From an uncultured Planctomycetota bacterium (GTDB lineage Bacteria; Planctomycetota; Planctomycetia; Isosphaerales; Isosphaeraceae), in assembly GCA_963845755.1 (NCBI GenBank), contig CAWJTV010000009.1, positions 312,409 to 376,408 of the forward strand: a stretch of DNA of 64,000 nucleotides. The letters run 5' to 3'. Every line of letters begins with the position of its first letter. Positions within the stretch are counted from its first letter, which is position 1. Positions 11,050 through 21,329 of the stretch are shown here, one piece after another. The notes under the pieces were generated by a model that was not told where the DNA came from, did no database searches, and saw only the letters and a program-made list of their open reading frames with translations. The position numbers were made by a program, and so were the translations under genes.

Positions 11050-12020
11050 CTTCCGGCTGGGGCGCCGCCTACCACGCGATGCACGAATGCGACATCCTTC
11101 TCCTGCTCGGAACGGACTTCCCCTACGAGAGCTTCATGCCAACAGCCCCGAAAATCGTGCAGATCGACGTCCGGGCCGAGCGGCTGGGCCGGCGGTCCAA
11201 GCTCGACCTGGGCCTGTGTGGCGACATCCGCGACACGCTCCGGGGCCTCCTGCCGCTGGTGGAGACGCGGGTCGATCGGTCGTTCCTGGACGCCATGCTC
11301 GAGCAGCACGTCGCCGCCGGGCGGAAGCTCCGTGCCTACGCCGATCGCGTCAGCAAGCACCGGCCGATCCACCCGGAGCACGTCGCCGCCATGCTGGACG
11401 AGCTGGCCGGCCCGGACGCCGTGTTCACCATCGACACCGGGATGTGCGCCGTCTGGGGCGCCCGCTACCTGCGGGCCGCGGCGGGCCGGCGGTTCCTCGG
11501 CTCGTTCAACCACGGGACGATGGCCAACGCCCTGCCGCAGGCGATCGGCGCGCAGGCGGCCTACCCTGGCTGGCAGGTGATCTCGCTGTCCGGCGACGGC
11601 GGCCTGGCCATGCTCCTGGGCGAGATCCTGACGGTCGCCCAGCACGACCTGCCGGTCAAGATCGTCGTCTTCAACTACCACCGCCTCGGCATGGTCCAGC
11701 TGGAGCAGGAGGCCGCCGGCCTGCCCCACTACGGCTGCGAGCTGAAGAACCCGAACTTCGCCGCACTCGCCGAGGCCGTCGGCCTGGCGGGGCTGAGGGT
11801 CGAGGACCCCCAGGGGGTCCGCCCCGCGCTGGAGCAGGCGCTCGGGTCAAGCGGGCCGGTGCTGGTGGACGTGTTGACCGACCCGAACGTCCTCTCCTTG
11901 CCGCCGAAGGTGACGATCGAGCGGGCCAAGGGGTTCGCTCTGGCGATGACCCGGATGGCGTTCACGGGCGAGCTGGATGACGTGACGGACACGGTCATGG
12001 CCAACTGGCGGTACCTCTGA
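11050..12020 (+). pseudogene. poxB: Pyruvate dehydrogenase (quinone)/pyruvate oxidase, 5'-truncated
   Basis: 'CDILLLLGTDFPY', 'GSFNHGTMANALPQAIGAQ', ThDP motif 'GDGG...VVFN'. The N-terminal part is replaced by the IS remnant. Confidence 0.85.
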
Positions 12021-12341
12021 TGATCGTGGGGCGGATCGGTCGGCTGCGAGCGGCGCCGAGCCCGAGATCGGCGTTCCCCATCGGCGGGTGGGAGTGAGGT
12101 GGAGTCGAGGAGAACGGTGATGGTGCGCCGTGAGGTGCGGGGAGAAGTCGAGGAATGAAGTGTGCGGCGTCGATCGAGGCGTTCGATCGGACATTGGGCC
12201 CGCCGGACGCCGCGATCTTCCCGGCTTATCTCCTCGACACGGGCATTCGGCCCGAGTCCAATAGGTGTTCAGGAGGCCCGAGCGCGCTCGTGAGCGGCGC
12301 CCTACTTGATCCGACGCACAGGAAACCTAAGGAGGCCCAGT

Positions 12342-12872
12342 ATGAACAGGCGCGGGCACCTGTGGGCCGTCGGGTTCGACGGCACGGGGCGAGCCGCCCA
12401 GGTCCGGGACGAGATCACTAGGCTCGCCGGGGAGAAGCACTACCTGATCCTCCTGGATGTGGCGGTGGCCGTGCGCTACGCCGACGGATCCCTTACGCTG
12501 GAAGGGGAGCCGTTCCCGACTGTGATCACGCCTCAACGCGGCACCGTCGCGCGTCTCCTGGCCTACCTGGCCCTGGGTGCGCCGCCGCTGACCGGCGGCG
12601 CCGTCAGCGCCATGTTTGGCGTGGTTGGCATCTGCGCGAACACGGCAGGAATCAGCGACGACTTCGTGCGCAACGTGGAGGGCTTGATCAGGCCGGGTAC
12701 GTCCGTCCTCTTTGTCCTGGACGAGATCGGGAACATGGACGCCGTGTTGCGCGGGATCCGAGGGCTGGGCGGCACGGTGTTGAAGGCCAACGTGGATCTG
12801 GAGCAGGCCCGGCTGATCCAGTCCGCACTCGCCGCGTCCGCCGACGCTGGGCGTGCCGGACCGGGAGCCTGA
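12342..12872 (+). CDS. DUF1269 family membrane protein
   Basis: RBS AAGGAGG before the ATG; 'GISDDFVRNVEGLIRPGTSVLFVL', 'GLGGTVLKANVD'. Confidence 0.78.
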   Translation: MNRRGHLWAVGFDGTGRAAQVRDEITRLAGEKHYLILLDVAVAVRYADGSLTLEGEPFPTVITPQRGTVARLLAYLALGAPPLTGGAVSAMFGVVGICANTAGISDDFVRNVEGLIRPGTSVLFVLDEIGNMDAVLRGIRGLGGTVLKANVDLEQARLIQSALAASADAGRAGPGA

Positions 12873-13079
12873 ATGACCCATGACCGAGGAAACCAACCAT
12901 CATGGAGACTCGCGCGGCGGCTTGGAATGGCGAATGGAGGCGCCATCCGGTCCGAACCACCAACGTCGGGATTCCCGCCGATTACACGCCTCCGGGCACT
13001 TCTCCCAGGGAGCGATCGCATGCGATACCTGGCCGGTGGCCACAATCGATCGGCGGATTTCCCGCTCCGGATCCGGCCG

Positions 13080-14117
13080 TTAGGCTGTGCGCGATTCGGC
13101 GGCCCCCTCGAACTCCTCCCACCAACGGGCCACTTTCCGGGCATACCACTCCTGGGCCGACGCGCAGGCGGAGAGGACCCTCTTCAGGCCCTCGGCGCTC
13201 TGGAAGCGCCCGTCCGGGCCCTTCGCCAGGCAACGGAGGACGACTTGCTCAAGATCCGCGGGAACGTCGGGGCGGTGGTGCGACGGGGGCACGACCGGGT
13301 CGCGGACGTGGGCATACATCAGTTGCGTACTGGTTGCGCCAGCGAACGGGGGCTGGCCCGTCAGGAGGGTGTACGCCACGCCGCCCCGCGCGTACAGGTC
13401 GCAACGCCGGTCAACCACCCGGTCGCCCGCGACCTGCTCGGGCGTGATGTACTGGGGCGTGCCGCAGACGGTCCTCTCGCGGCACGGGCCGACCTCGTGC
13501 CGCGCGGCCACGAGCGCGACGAGGCCGAAGTCGAGCAGCTTGAGGAAGTCGTACCGCCGGCCGCGCAGGGACGCGAAGAGCTTCGCCGGCTTGAAGTCGC
13601 GATGGACCAAGCCGGCCGCATGCGCCTCCGCAGCGCCTCGCACGCCTGATGCAGCAGGTAGATGACCCGACCGGGCGGCATCGGCCCGTCGCGCGCGACC
13701 AGATCTTCGAGGGTCAGCCCGTGCAGGTATTCCATGACGTAGAAGAACGTACCGTCCGCGGTCCGCCCATAGTCGTAGATGTTCAGGGTGTTCGGGTCAG
13801 ACAGCAGGACGGTCACGCGGACCTCCTGTTCGAACAGTGCCAGCGACCGGGGGTCGCCGGCGCGCTCTGGCCGGATGAGCTTGAGTGCGCAGGGCCGTTT
13901 CAGCAACCGATGCTCGGCGAGGTAGACCTCTCCCATCCCCCGGTCCCGCTCTCGTCCCGGAAACGATACTGATTGAATAGCCTCGCGTTGCGCGCCGGAC
14001 GTGCATCGTGCGGAGCAGATGGGCGACATATCCAGGGAGCGAGGCTGCGACCACCAGGAGGGACAAGGTCTCCACGACCCTCTGCACTGTCTCGGCCCGG
14101 CGTGTTAGCGATCTCAA
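13080..14117 (-). pseudogene. Membrane-associated Ser/Thr kinase remnant, truncated and frameshifted
   Basis: 'GMGEVYLAEHRLLKRPCALKLIRP', 'HRDFKP', 'KLLDFGL', 'GTPQYITPEQ' across frames; a short hydrophobic segment lies upstream. Confidence 0.8.
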
Positions 14118-14146
14118 ACTCCCAAAGGAAAGAAAGGGACCCGACC

Positions 14147-15847
14147 ATGATCACCCTCCAGCGGCCCAGACCGTCCGTTGCCGACGACAGTCCCCGTGGC
14201 GTCGATCTCCTCAACCACCCGGCCCTGAACAAGGGCACGGCGTTCACGGAGGACGAGCGGACCCAGCTTGGCCTGCACGGTCTGCTGCCGCCGCAAGTCG
14301 AGAGACTGGACGAGCAAGTGGTGCGCGCCTACGAGGCCTACCGGCGGAAAGACGATGACCTCGAGCGGCACATCTACCTGCGCGCCCTGCAAGACACCAA
14401 CGAGTTCCTCTTCTACCGCCTCCTCCTCGACCACATCGAAGAGATGACACCGATGGTCTACACGCCGGTGGTCGCGCAGGCGTGCGAGCAGTTCAGCCAC
14501 ATCTACCGCCGGCCCCGCGGCCTGTTCATCTCCTACCCGTTGCGCGACTCGATCCCCGCGCTGCTGCGGAACCGCCCCCACCCCGCGGTGGACGTCATCG
14601 TCGTCACCGACGGCGAGCGGATCCTGGGCATCGGCGATCAGGGAGCCGGCGGCCTGGGCATCCCCATCGGCAAGCTCTCCCTGTACACGCTGATCGGCGG
14701 GATCCGCCCGGAGCGGACGCTGCCGATCGTGCTGGACGTGGGGACCAATAACCCGGAGCGACTCCACGATCCCGAGTATCTCGGCTGGCGCCACGAGCGG
14801 GTGATGGGACAGGCTTACTTGGACTTCGTCGATCAGTTCGTCCGGGCCGTCCAGCAGGAGCTGCCGAGCGTTTGTCTACAGTGGGAGGACTTCGCGACCC
14901 CGCACGCCCGCCCGATTCTGGAGCGTTATCGGGACGAGCTACTAACCTTCAATGACGATATCCAGGGGACGGCGGCCGTCGCCCTGGGCGCGATCCTGGG
15001 GGCCGTCGGCGTGACCGGCAAGCGGCTCCGCGACCAGCAGATCGTGTTCCTCGGCGCCGGGTCGGCCGCCGTCGGGGTGGCCGACTACCTGCGGGCAGCG
15101 CTGGTGCAGGACGGCTCCTCGGAGGCCGAGGCGCGGGGCCGGTTCTGGCTGGTGGACAAGGACGGCCTGCTTCACGCGGGGCGCACGGACTTGACGCCCG
15201 AGCAGCGTGTGTACGCCCAGCCGGACGATCGCGTGGTGGACTGGCCGCGGACGTTTCACGGCGCCATCGGGCTGGCGGACGTGATCGGCCGGACCGAGGC
15301 GACCATCCTGATCGGCCTCTCGACCGTCGGCGGCGCGTTCACCGAGCCGATTGTCCGCGAAATGGCCCGCAAGGTCGAGCGACCGGTGATCCTCCCGCTC
15401 TCGAACCCCACGGCCCGATCCGAGGCGAGCCCCGACGACCTGATCCGCTGGACCGCCGGGAGGGCCCTGGTCGCCACCGGCTCGCCCTACCCGCCGGTGC
15501 GCTACGAGGCGCGGACGATCCCGATCGCCCAGTGCAACAACATGTTCATCTTCCCGGCGGTCGGGCTCGGAGTGGTTGCGTCGGGGGCCCGGCGGGTGAC
15601 CGACGGGATGATGCTGGCCGCCGCCCGGGCGCTGGGCGAGCAGTCCCCGGCACGGACGGACCCGTCCGGCTCGCTCCTGCCCGCCCTCCGCGACGTCCGC
15701 GGCGTGGCCCGAGCGATCGCCACCGCGGTCGGCCTGGAGGGCCAGCGGGCCGGCGTCGCGCCGGCGACGAGCGCCGAGGAGCTGCGCGACCGAGTCGCGG
15801 ACGCACAGTGGACGCCGGAGTACCCGCGGATCGCGCCGGGCGGGTGA
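14147..15847 (+). CDS. maeA: NAD-dependent malic enzyme
   Basis: 'LNKGTAF', 'VTDGERILGIGDQG', 'QWEDF', 'FNDDIQGT', 'GAGSAA', 'LSNPT'. Confidence 0.93.
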   Translation: MITLQRPRPSVADDSPRGVDLLNHPALNKGTAFTEDERTQLGLHGLLPPQVERLDEQVVRAYEAYRRKDDDLERHIYLRALQDTNEFLFYRLLLDHIEEMTPMVYTPVVAQACEQFSHIYRRPRGLFISYPLRDSIPALLRNRPHPAVDVIVVTDGERILGIGDQGAGGLGIPIGKLSLYTLIGGIRPERTLPIVLDVGTNNPERLHDPEYLGWRHERVMGQAYLDFVDQFVRAVQQELPSVCLQWEDFATPHARPILERYRDELLTFNDDIQGTAAVALGAILGAVGVTGKRLRDQQIVFLGAGSAAVGVADYLRAALVQDGSSEAEARGRFWLVDKDGLLHAGRTDLTPEQRVYAQPDDRVVDWPRTFHGAIGLADVIGRTEATILIGLSTVGGAFTEPIVREMARKVERPVILPLSNPTARSEASPDDLIRWTAGRALVATGSPYPPVRYEARTIPIAQCNNMFIFPAVGLGVVASGARRVTDGMMLAAARALGEQSPARTDPSGSLLPALRDVRGVARAIATAVGLEGQRAGVAPATSAEELRDRVADAQWTPEYPRIAPGG

Positions 15848-15947
15848 GTCCCGATTTCGGAAGGATTTCGAGGGGCGGGTCGTCCTCGATTCCGGAAAGT
15901 GATACGACGACACGCATGACCTTTCAACCACAACGGAGTCACTCGCC

Positions 15948-17678
15948 ATGAGGAACGAACCGGGTCGATGCTCGGTCGGCGAGTACCTGGCTCAGCGACT
16001 CGAGCAGGCGGGGGTGCGCCACTACTTCACCGTGCCGTGGGACTTCAACCTCGTGCTCCTCGACCAGTTGCTGAAGGACCCCCGGCTACAGCTCATCGGC
16101 TGCTGCAACGAGCTGAATGCCGGCTACGCTGCCGAGGGCTACGCGCGCTCCAACGGCATCGGGGCGCTCGTGGTCACATACAGCGTCGGCGGGCTCAGCG
16201 CCCTCAACGCCGTGGCCTGCGCGTCCGCTGAGGACCTGCCGGTGATCGCCATCTCCGGCGGGATTAATAGCGACGCGGAGGCGGACGGACACGTCATCCA
16301 CCACGCCCTCGGCGAGGTCCGGTACGACTACCAGCGTCAGATCTACGAGCACGTGACGGCCGGGTCCTTCGCCGTCCGCCGCCCGGACGATGCCCCTGCG
16401 GCAATCGACCGTGCGATCGAGACCGCGATCGACTGGCGGAAACCCGTCTACCTCGAGATTGACTGCAACCTGGCGGCCCTGCCCGTGCCGGCCCCGACCC
16501 CGCGCGGGTTCCATCGCGGACCCCGGAGCGACCCGACCGCCCTCGCCGCCGCCGTCGCGCACGCGGCGGACCTGCTGGCCAGCGCTACAAGGCCGGTTCT
16601 CGTCGCCGGCCCCCGGATCCGGCCCCCGGAGGCCCGGGCCGCGTTCCGCAAGCTCGCCGACGCCGCCGGCTACGCCGTCGCCGCCCAGCCAGCCGCCAAG
16701 GGGATGTTCCCGGAGGACCACCCGGCCTTCGCCGGCCTCTACTGGGGCCCGGTCAGCTCCCCGGGCGTGGCGGCGCTGGTCGAGTCGGCCGACGCCTACC
16801 TGTTCGCCGGCGGTCTCCTGTCCGACTACTCCACGACCGGGTACTCGGCCCTGATCGACCCGAAGAAGCTTTTGCACGCCAACCCCGACGACATCCGCCT
16901 GCCCGGCGCCCGGTACACGGGGGTCGCCTTGGCCGACTTTCTCGCGTCGCTGGCCGAGAAGGTCCGGCCCAACCCGGCGTCGCTCGATCAGTACCGCCTC
17001 GCCAACGACGCTGGCCCGGCCACAGCGACCAACGGAGCCGCCTTGCTCAATCCGGCCGCCTTGCCGACAACGCGTTCGGTATTCGCCAGGGTCCAGTCGC
17101 TCCTCGGCGACCGGACGGCGCTGCTGGTGGAGACCGGCGACTCCTGGTTCAACGGGCTGAAGCTGCGCCTCCCCCGCGGCTGCCGGTTCGAGATCCAGTT
17201 CCAGGCCGGCTCGATCGGCTGGTGCGCCCCGGCCGCGCTGGGCTACGAGCTGGGCTGCCCCGAGCCGACCCGCGTCGTCGCGATGATCGGGGACGGCTCG
17301 TTCCAGCTCACCGCGCAGGAGGTCTCGACGATGGTGCGCTACGGGACCAGGCCGATCATCGTGCTCGTCAACAACCGCGGCTACACGATCGAGGCGGAGA
17401 TCCACGACGGCCCGTACAACCGGATCAAGAACTGGGATTACGCGGGGCTGATGGAGGTCTTCAACGCGGGGGAGGGCAACGGTCTGGGCATGCACGCCGC
17501 AACCCTGGGCGAGTTCGACTCCGCGATTGGCCAGGCCCTGGCCCACGACGGGCCGTGCCTGATCGAGGTACCTATCGACCCGCACGACTGCAGCGAGGAG
17601 CTCCGGGAGTGGGGCAGTCGCGTCGCCCTCGCCAACGGCCGGGCGCCGCGTACCGGCCTGCCCTCCCAGGAGGTGTGA
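15948..17678 (+). CDS. pdc: Pyruvate decarboxylase (ThDP-dependent)
   Basis: 'DFNL', 'CCNELNAGYAAEGYAR', 'IHH', 'ETGDSWFN', 'GSIGW', 'GDGSFQLTAQE', 'NNRGYTIE..IHDGPYN.IKNWDY', C-terminal 'EWGSRVALANGRAP' as in Zymomonas/plant-type PDC. Confidence 0.88.
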   Translation: MRNEPGRCSVGEYLAQRLEQAGVRHYFTVPWDFNLVLLDQLLKDPRLQLIGCCNELNAGYAAEGYARSNGIGALVVTYSVGGLSALNAVACASAEDLPVIAISGGINSDAEADGHVIHHALGEVRYDYQRQIYEHVTAGSFAVRRPDDAPAAIDRAIETAIDWRKPVYLEIDCNLAALPVPAPTPRGFHRGPRSDPTALAAAVAHAADLLASATRPVLVAGPRIRPPEARAAFRKLADAAGYAVAAQPAAKGMFPEDHPAFAGLYWGPVSSPGVAALVESADAYLFAGGLLSDYSTTGYSALIDPKKLLHANPDDIRLPGARYTGVALADFLASLAEKVRPNPASLDQYRLANDAGPATATNGAALLNPAALPTTRSVFARVQSLLGDRTALLVETGDSWFNGLKLRLPRGCRFEIQFQAGSIGWCAPAALGYELGCPEPTRVVAMIGDGSFQLTAQEVSTMVRYGTRPIIVLVNNRGYTIEAEIHDGPYNRIKNWDYAGLMEVFNAGEGNGLGMHAATLGEFDSAIGQALAHDGPCLIEVPIDPHDCSEELREWGSRVALANGRAPRTGLPSQEV

Positions 17679-17876
17679 CGGGCCTGGCACGCCGCCCTCG
17701 TCACCCCATTAGTCGGCTGGACCGTTCCCGGGAAAAAGGAGGCTCTCATGGCGGTCCGAAAATACCGCCCGGGTGCGATTCCGGAGCCGACAGGAGTCAA
17801 TGGCTCGCGCATGACCACCTGCGCCCGTCGGTCCGTCGCCGTCAAGGGCGGTAGCGGCTCGATTGGCCCGTGCGTC

Positions 17877-18176
17877 TCAGGGAGCCCCGTGCTCCGCGAG
17901 GATCCGCCGGATCTCGCGGATGACGGCGGGATGGTCCTGGCAGAGGTGGCCGGACGAGATGAGCGACTCGGACTCCACCCCGTCGAGATGGGCACTCTCG
18001 TACGGGACCTGGCCGTCGCTCCCTCCCGCGCCGGGCGGGTCGCGCCGGTCGGCGATGATGGAATGGGCCTTGATCGTCGGCGCGAGTCCGAGCTCATCCA
18101 GGCCGATGAGGATCGGCGATCGCCACTCCAGCTCGTCGATGCTGGTGGGCAGTCCCTTGCGGAAGCGCTCGGTAAG
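17877..18176 (-). pseudogene. Alpha/beta hydrolase C-terminal remnant (copy of ~28409..28705)
   Basis: Near-identical DNA to the 3' end of the 28409..29474 gene ('LPTSIDELEW...HSIIADRRDPP...DG.VPYESAHL...SSGHLCQ'). Confidence 0.82.
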
Positions 18177-18367
18177 TCCTCGGCGCGGTCGGTCATCATC
18201 GCCCTCAGGGCGGTCAACTGGCGCTCACGCCACTGGGCCCGGTCCGAAAGTAGGTGCGGTGCCGGGCGACCAGAGCGGAGAAATCGGGGGTGCTCATGGA
18301 TCAGTCCTCGGTAGTTGTTGGTGGATTCGATCGCCGAGGCTCGGATCGGTCGCAAGCGTTCGGCGAT

Positions 18368-18853
18368 CTAAGAGGTTGAAGCACGGTTACGATCTCGATG
18401 CTCAGCGCCGGGGATGTCGCGTCGAGCGGCCGCAGCCGACGACTTGTCCTCGTCGGGATAGAGGTCGAGGACGCGCTCCAGGCGGCAGATCCGGAGCATG
18501 TCGCGGAGGACCGGGTCGAGGCCGGAGATCGCCAGCCGGCGCCGCGACTTCTCCAATCGTCGGTGGAGCGCGGCCAGCATGCCCAGCACGTCGCTCGACA
18601 TCGTGTTGACCTCGCGGAAGTTCAGTACCAGCCGGGTGTGCCCGTCCTCGGCCAGGCGATGGAGCTGGTTGGCCAGATGGGAGATGTCCTCTTCGGCATA
18701 GAGGGTCTCCGCGTTGATGATCTCTACGACGGCGGTCCCGTCGACGGCCCGGACCCGGAGGGCCGGCTGCCGGTACGGACGATCGGATCGGGATGCGCCG
18801 CCCGGCGGCAAGGTGGCACTGTCCCACGGACTCAGGGCTTCGTCTGCTGACAT
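18368..18853 (-). CDS. STAS-domain anti-sigma factor antagonist
   Basis: 'RLVLNFREVNTMSSDVLGML...RLAISGLDPVLRDMLRICRLERV'. Confidence 0.82.
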   Translation of the reverse strand: MSADEALSPWDSATLPPGGASRSDRPYRQPALRVRAVDGTAVVEIINAETLYAEEDISHLANQLHRLAEDGHTRLVLNFREVNTMSSDVLGMLAALHRRLEKSRRRLAISGLDPVLRDMLRICRLERVLDLYPDEDKSSAAAARRDIPGAEHRDRNRASTS

Positions 18854-18865
18854 GTCTCCTGCCTC

Positions 18866-20525
18866 CTAACCATTCCCGTACAGGGCGTCGAGGCGCTGAT
18901 GGGCCATGGCGAGCCCCGCCGGTAGATCCATCCTGCCTCCGACGACCTCGATGTAGCTCGCCGATTCGCCCGTGGCGGCCCTCGCCAGCGCGGCGTCCAG
19001 TTCGCCGAGCGTGGCGACCTTCGCCGTGAACCAGCCCCGACACCCCAGGGCGGCGGGCAGGGCGTGATAGTTCCATTGGGCGAGGTCGTTGTAGACCCAG
19101 TCGGGATCCTCCTCGAGCGCCCGCTCGACCATGTATCCTTGGTTGTTGAGGACGAAGATGACCGGTTTCAGGCCGTTGCGTCCCATGGTCCCGACGTCGG
19201 CGGCGGTCATCTGGTGCGAGCCCTCCCCCGTGAAGAGCACGGTCCGCCGCGACGGGTCGGCGAGCGCGATACCCAGCGTGGCCCCGGTGGCCCACCCGAT
19301 CGAGCCCCAGAGAGGTTGAAGTTGGACCTCCGCACCGTCGGGCAGCGGAAGCGGGACCATCCCGGAACTCATGCTGCCGCTCTCGAGGACGATCCGATCC
19401 CGTGGCTTCAGGAAGTCCCGAAACCGGGGATACATGTTCACCGCGGTGATCGGGTCGTCCGGCTTCCCGCCGGGCTTGCTCGGCACTTCCCTCGGCGGCG
19501 CCGAGTATCCGAACTTCTTCTTGACCGCACCGGCCAGGCCTTCAAAGACATCGCCCATCCGGACGGGGTTATAGATCCGATCCCCGACCCGGACGTGATC
19601 CACCCCGATGGTGACGAGCTTCCCGGGATCGATGCGGCTCGTGTAGGCGGCCGTGTTGATCTCGTTGAAGCTGACGCCGCCCAGCGTCGATGACGACGTC
19701 CGCACCCTCGACCGCCTCGAGGACGGCGGGGGACGAAGCGGCCCCCGAATAGATCCCGACGAACTGGGGATGGGCCTCGGACAGGACCCCCTTGTCCATC
19801 GCCATCGCGGCGAACGGGCAGCCCAGCGCCTCGATCAACGCCCGGAGCTTGTCCTGGAGCTTGAACCGCGAGACCGTGTAGGCGGGGAGGACGGCCAGCG
19901 ACCGGGCGGCCTCGACCCGCTCGGCGATCGCCGCGACGGCCTTGGCCAGGTCGGGGCCGCTGGCGGGCTTCGGGTACGGGGTCGGCGCCGAACCGGTGAC
20001 CGGCGTGACGGCATAGTCGGACGCGACGAGGATGTAGGCCGGCCGGCTCTCCGCCCGCGCCGTGGCGATCAGCCGCTCCATCTCGTGGGCGCAGTTGTCG
20101 GGAGTGATCACCGCCGAGACGCACGCCGCCTGCGCCGAGATGTTCGCGAAGTTCTGGAACTCCCCGTCGCCGAGCGTGTGGTGGACGATCTGGCGGACCC
20201 GCTGCTTGCGCATCGTCGGCATGCCGACGACGTGGAAGACGCACGACCGCTCGGCCTTGGCCCCCATCACGCCGTTGAGCGCGGACAGCTCGCCGACGGC
20301 GTAGGTGGTCATCAGCATCGAACAGCCCCGCACGCGGGCGTAGCCGTCGGCCGCGTACGCCGCGTCCAGCTCGTTGGAACATCCGATCCAGCGGATCGCC
20401 TCGCTCCGCGCGACCGCATCGCAGAGCTTGAATGCGAAGTCCCCCGCGACGCCGAAACAGTCGGTGATCCCCTCGCGTGCGAGCCGCCGGACGATGTAGT
20501 CGGCGACAGTCGGTTGCTTACTCAT
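18866..20525 (-). CDS. 2-keto-acid (indolepyruvate/branched-chain type) decarboxylase, one frameshift near 19680
   Basis: 'FGVAGDF', 'CSNELDAAYAADGYAR', 'VHHTLGDG', 'LWGSIGW', 'GEGSHQMT', 'NNQGYMVER'. Two ORFs are joined by one frameshift. Confidence 0.85.
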
Positions 20526-20773
20526 CGAATACTTTCCTCATGATGAGACATCGTTGCCACGTGACGAACTCCTCCGCTCATTCAACCTTCTCCCAACTCG
20601 AAGCAATCGTGCGCGTGGGGCCAGGGAATCCCCACAAAACGACACTGGCACCAAACTGGCGCGGCGGTCCTCGACATTCTGGAGCACCCCCACGCCCTCT
20701 CGTCTATTGCCGTATCAAGTTCTCCGGCCGCGGGACCACGAAGAGTGATTCCTGTCACCGCGGAATGCCGCGA

Positions 20774-21226
20774 TCAGTAAGGGACCAGTCCCGAGGAAAC
20801 GTGAATGAGCGGGTGGACATCGCTGGCGGCCTTTCCGCTCTCGCGGAGCTTCCATATGATGAAGCTCGTCAACAGCTCGACGGTGAACAGGTCATCGATC
20901 CGGTTCAACTGACGGTCAAACTCCAGATCCCTGAAGTTGGCGTAGGGCATGCGGAGGCGGAGCGCGGTCAGGCCCGCGTCGGTCAGTCGGCCGTCCCGGG
21001 CGAGAATCGGGTCATCCGGGGAGATGGGGTCCGGGAACAACTCGTGGCGCTCGATCTTGATGCTGAATTCACGCTCCAGCCGGAACATGATATCCAGGAA
21101 GTCGATGGACTCCGCCCCCAGGTCTCCTTGCAAGGTGGCGGAGGGGATGACGTCGTCTTCCTCGACGCCCAGCGATTGCACCAGCACTTTCGTGACCCGC
21201 GCATGGACTTCGTTTGTGTCTGGCAT
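20774..21226 (-). CDS. Atypical (insert-containing) acyl carrier protein
   Basis: 'DLGAESIDFLDIMFRLEREFSIKI' with the Ppant serine, followed by a ~45-aa insertion before the final helix 'FTVELLTSFI'. Confidence 0.82.
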   Translation of the reverse strand: MPDTNEVHARVTKVLVQSLGVEEDDVIPSATLQGDLGAESIDFLDIMFRLEREFSIKIERHELFPDPISPDDPILARDGRLTDAGLTALRLRMPYANFRDLEFDRQLNRIDDLFTVELLTSFIIWKLRESGKAASDVHPLIHVSSGLVPY

Positions 21227-21329
21227 GGTCTGGTCCCTTCTCGACAAATGGAAGCGAAAAAAGGCGGCCGCGGTTGTCGTGGACCGGCTTGGCGGTCCAC
21301 TGCCCGTCACAAGGTACGCAAGGATCCCC

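Noticed and set aside
10170..12020. 616-aa ORF as a novel PoxB fusion
   Set aside because: The N-terminal half is read-through of non-coding DNA and the antisense strand of a transposase remnant; only ~11050 onward is PoxB.
20646..20660. Sigma-54-like TGGCACCAAACTGGC
   Set aside because: It is on the plus strand and points at the 3' end of a minus-strand gene; no target gene follows.
15848..20773. TPP riboswitch near the ThDP enzymes
   Set aside because: No CTGAGA/ACCTGA core was seen in the intergenic regions upstream of either decarboxylase.
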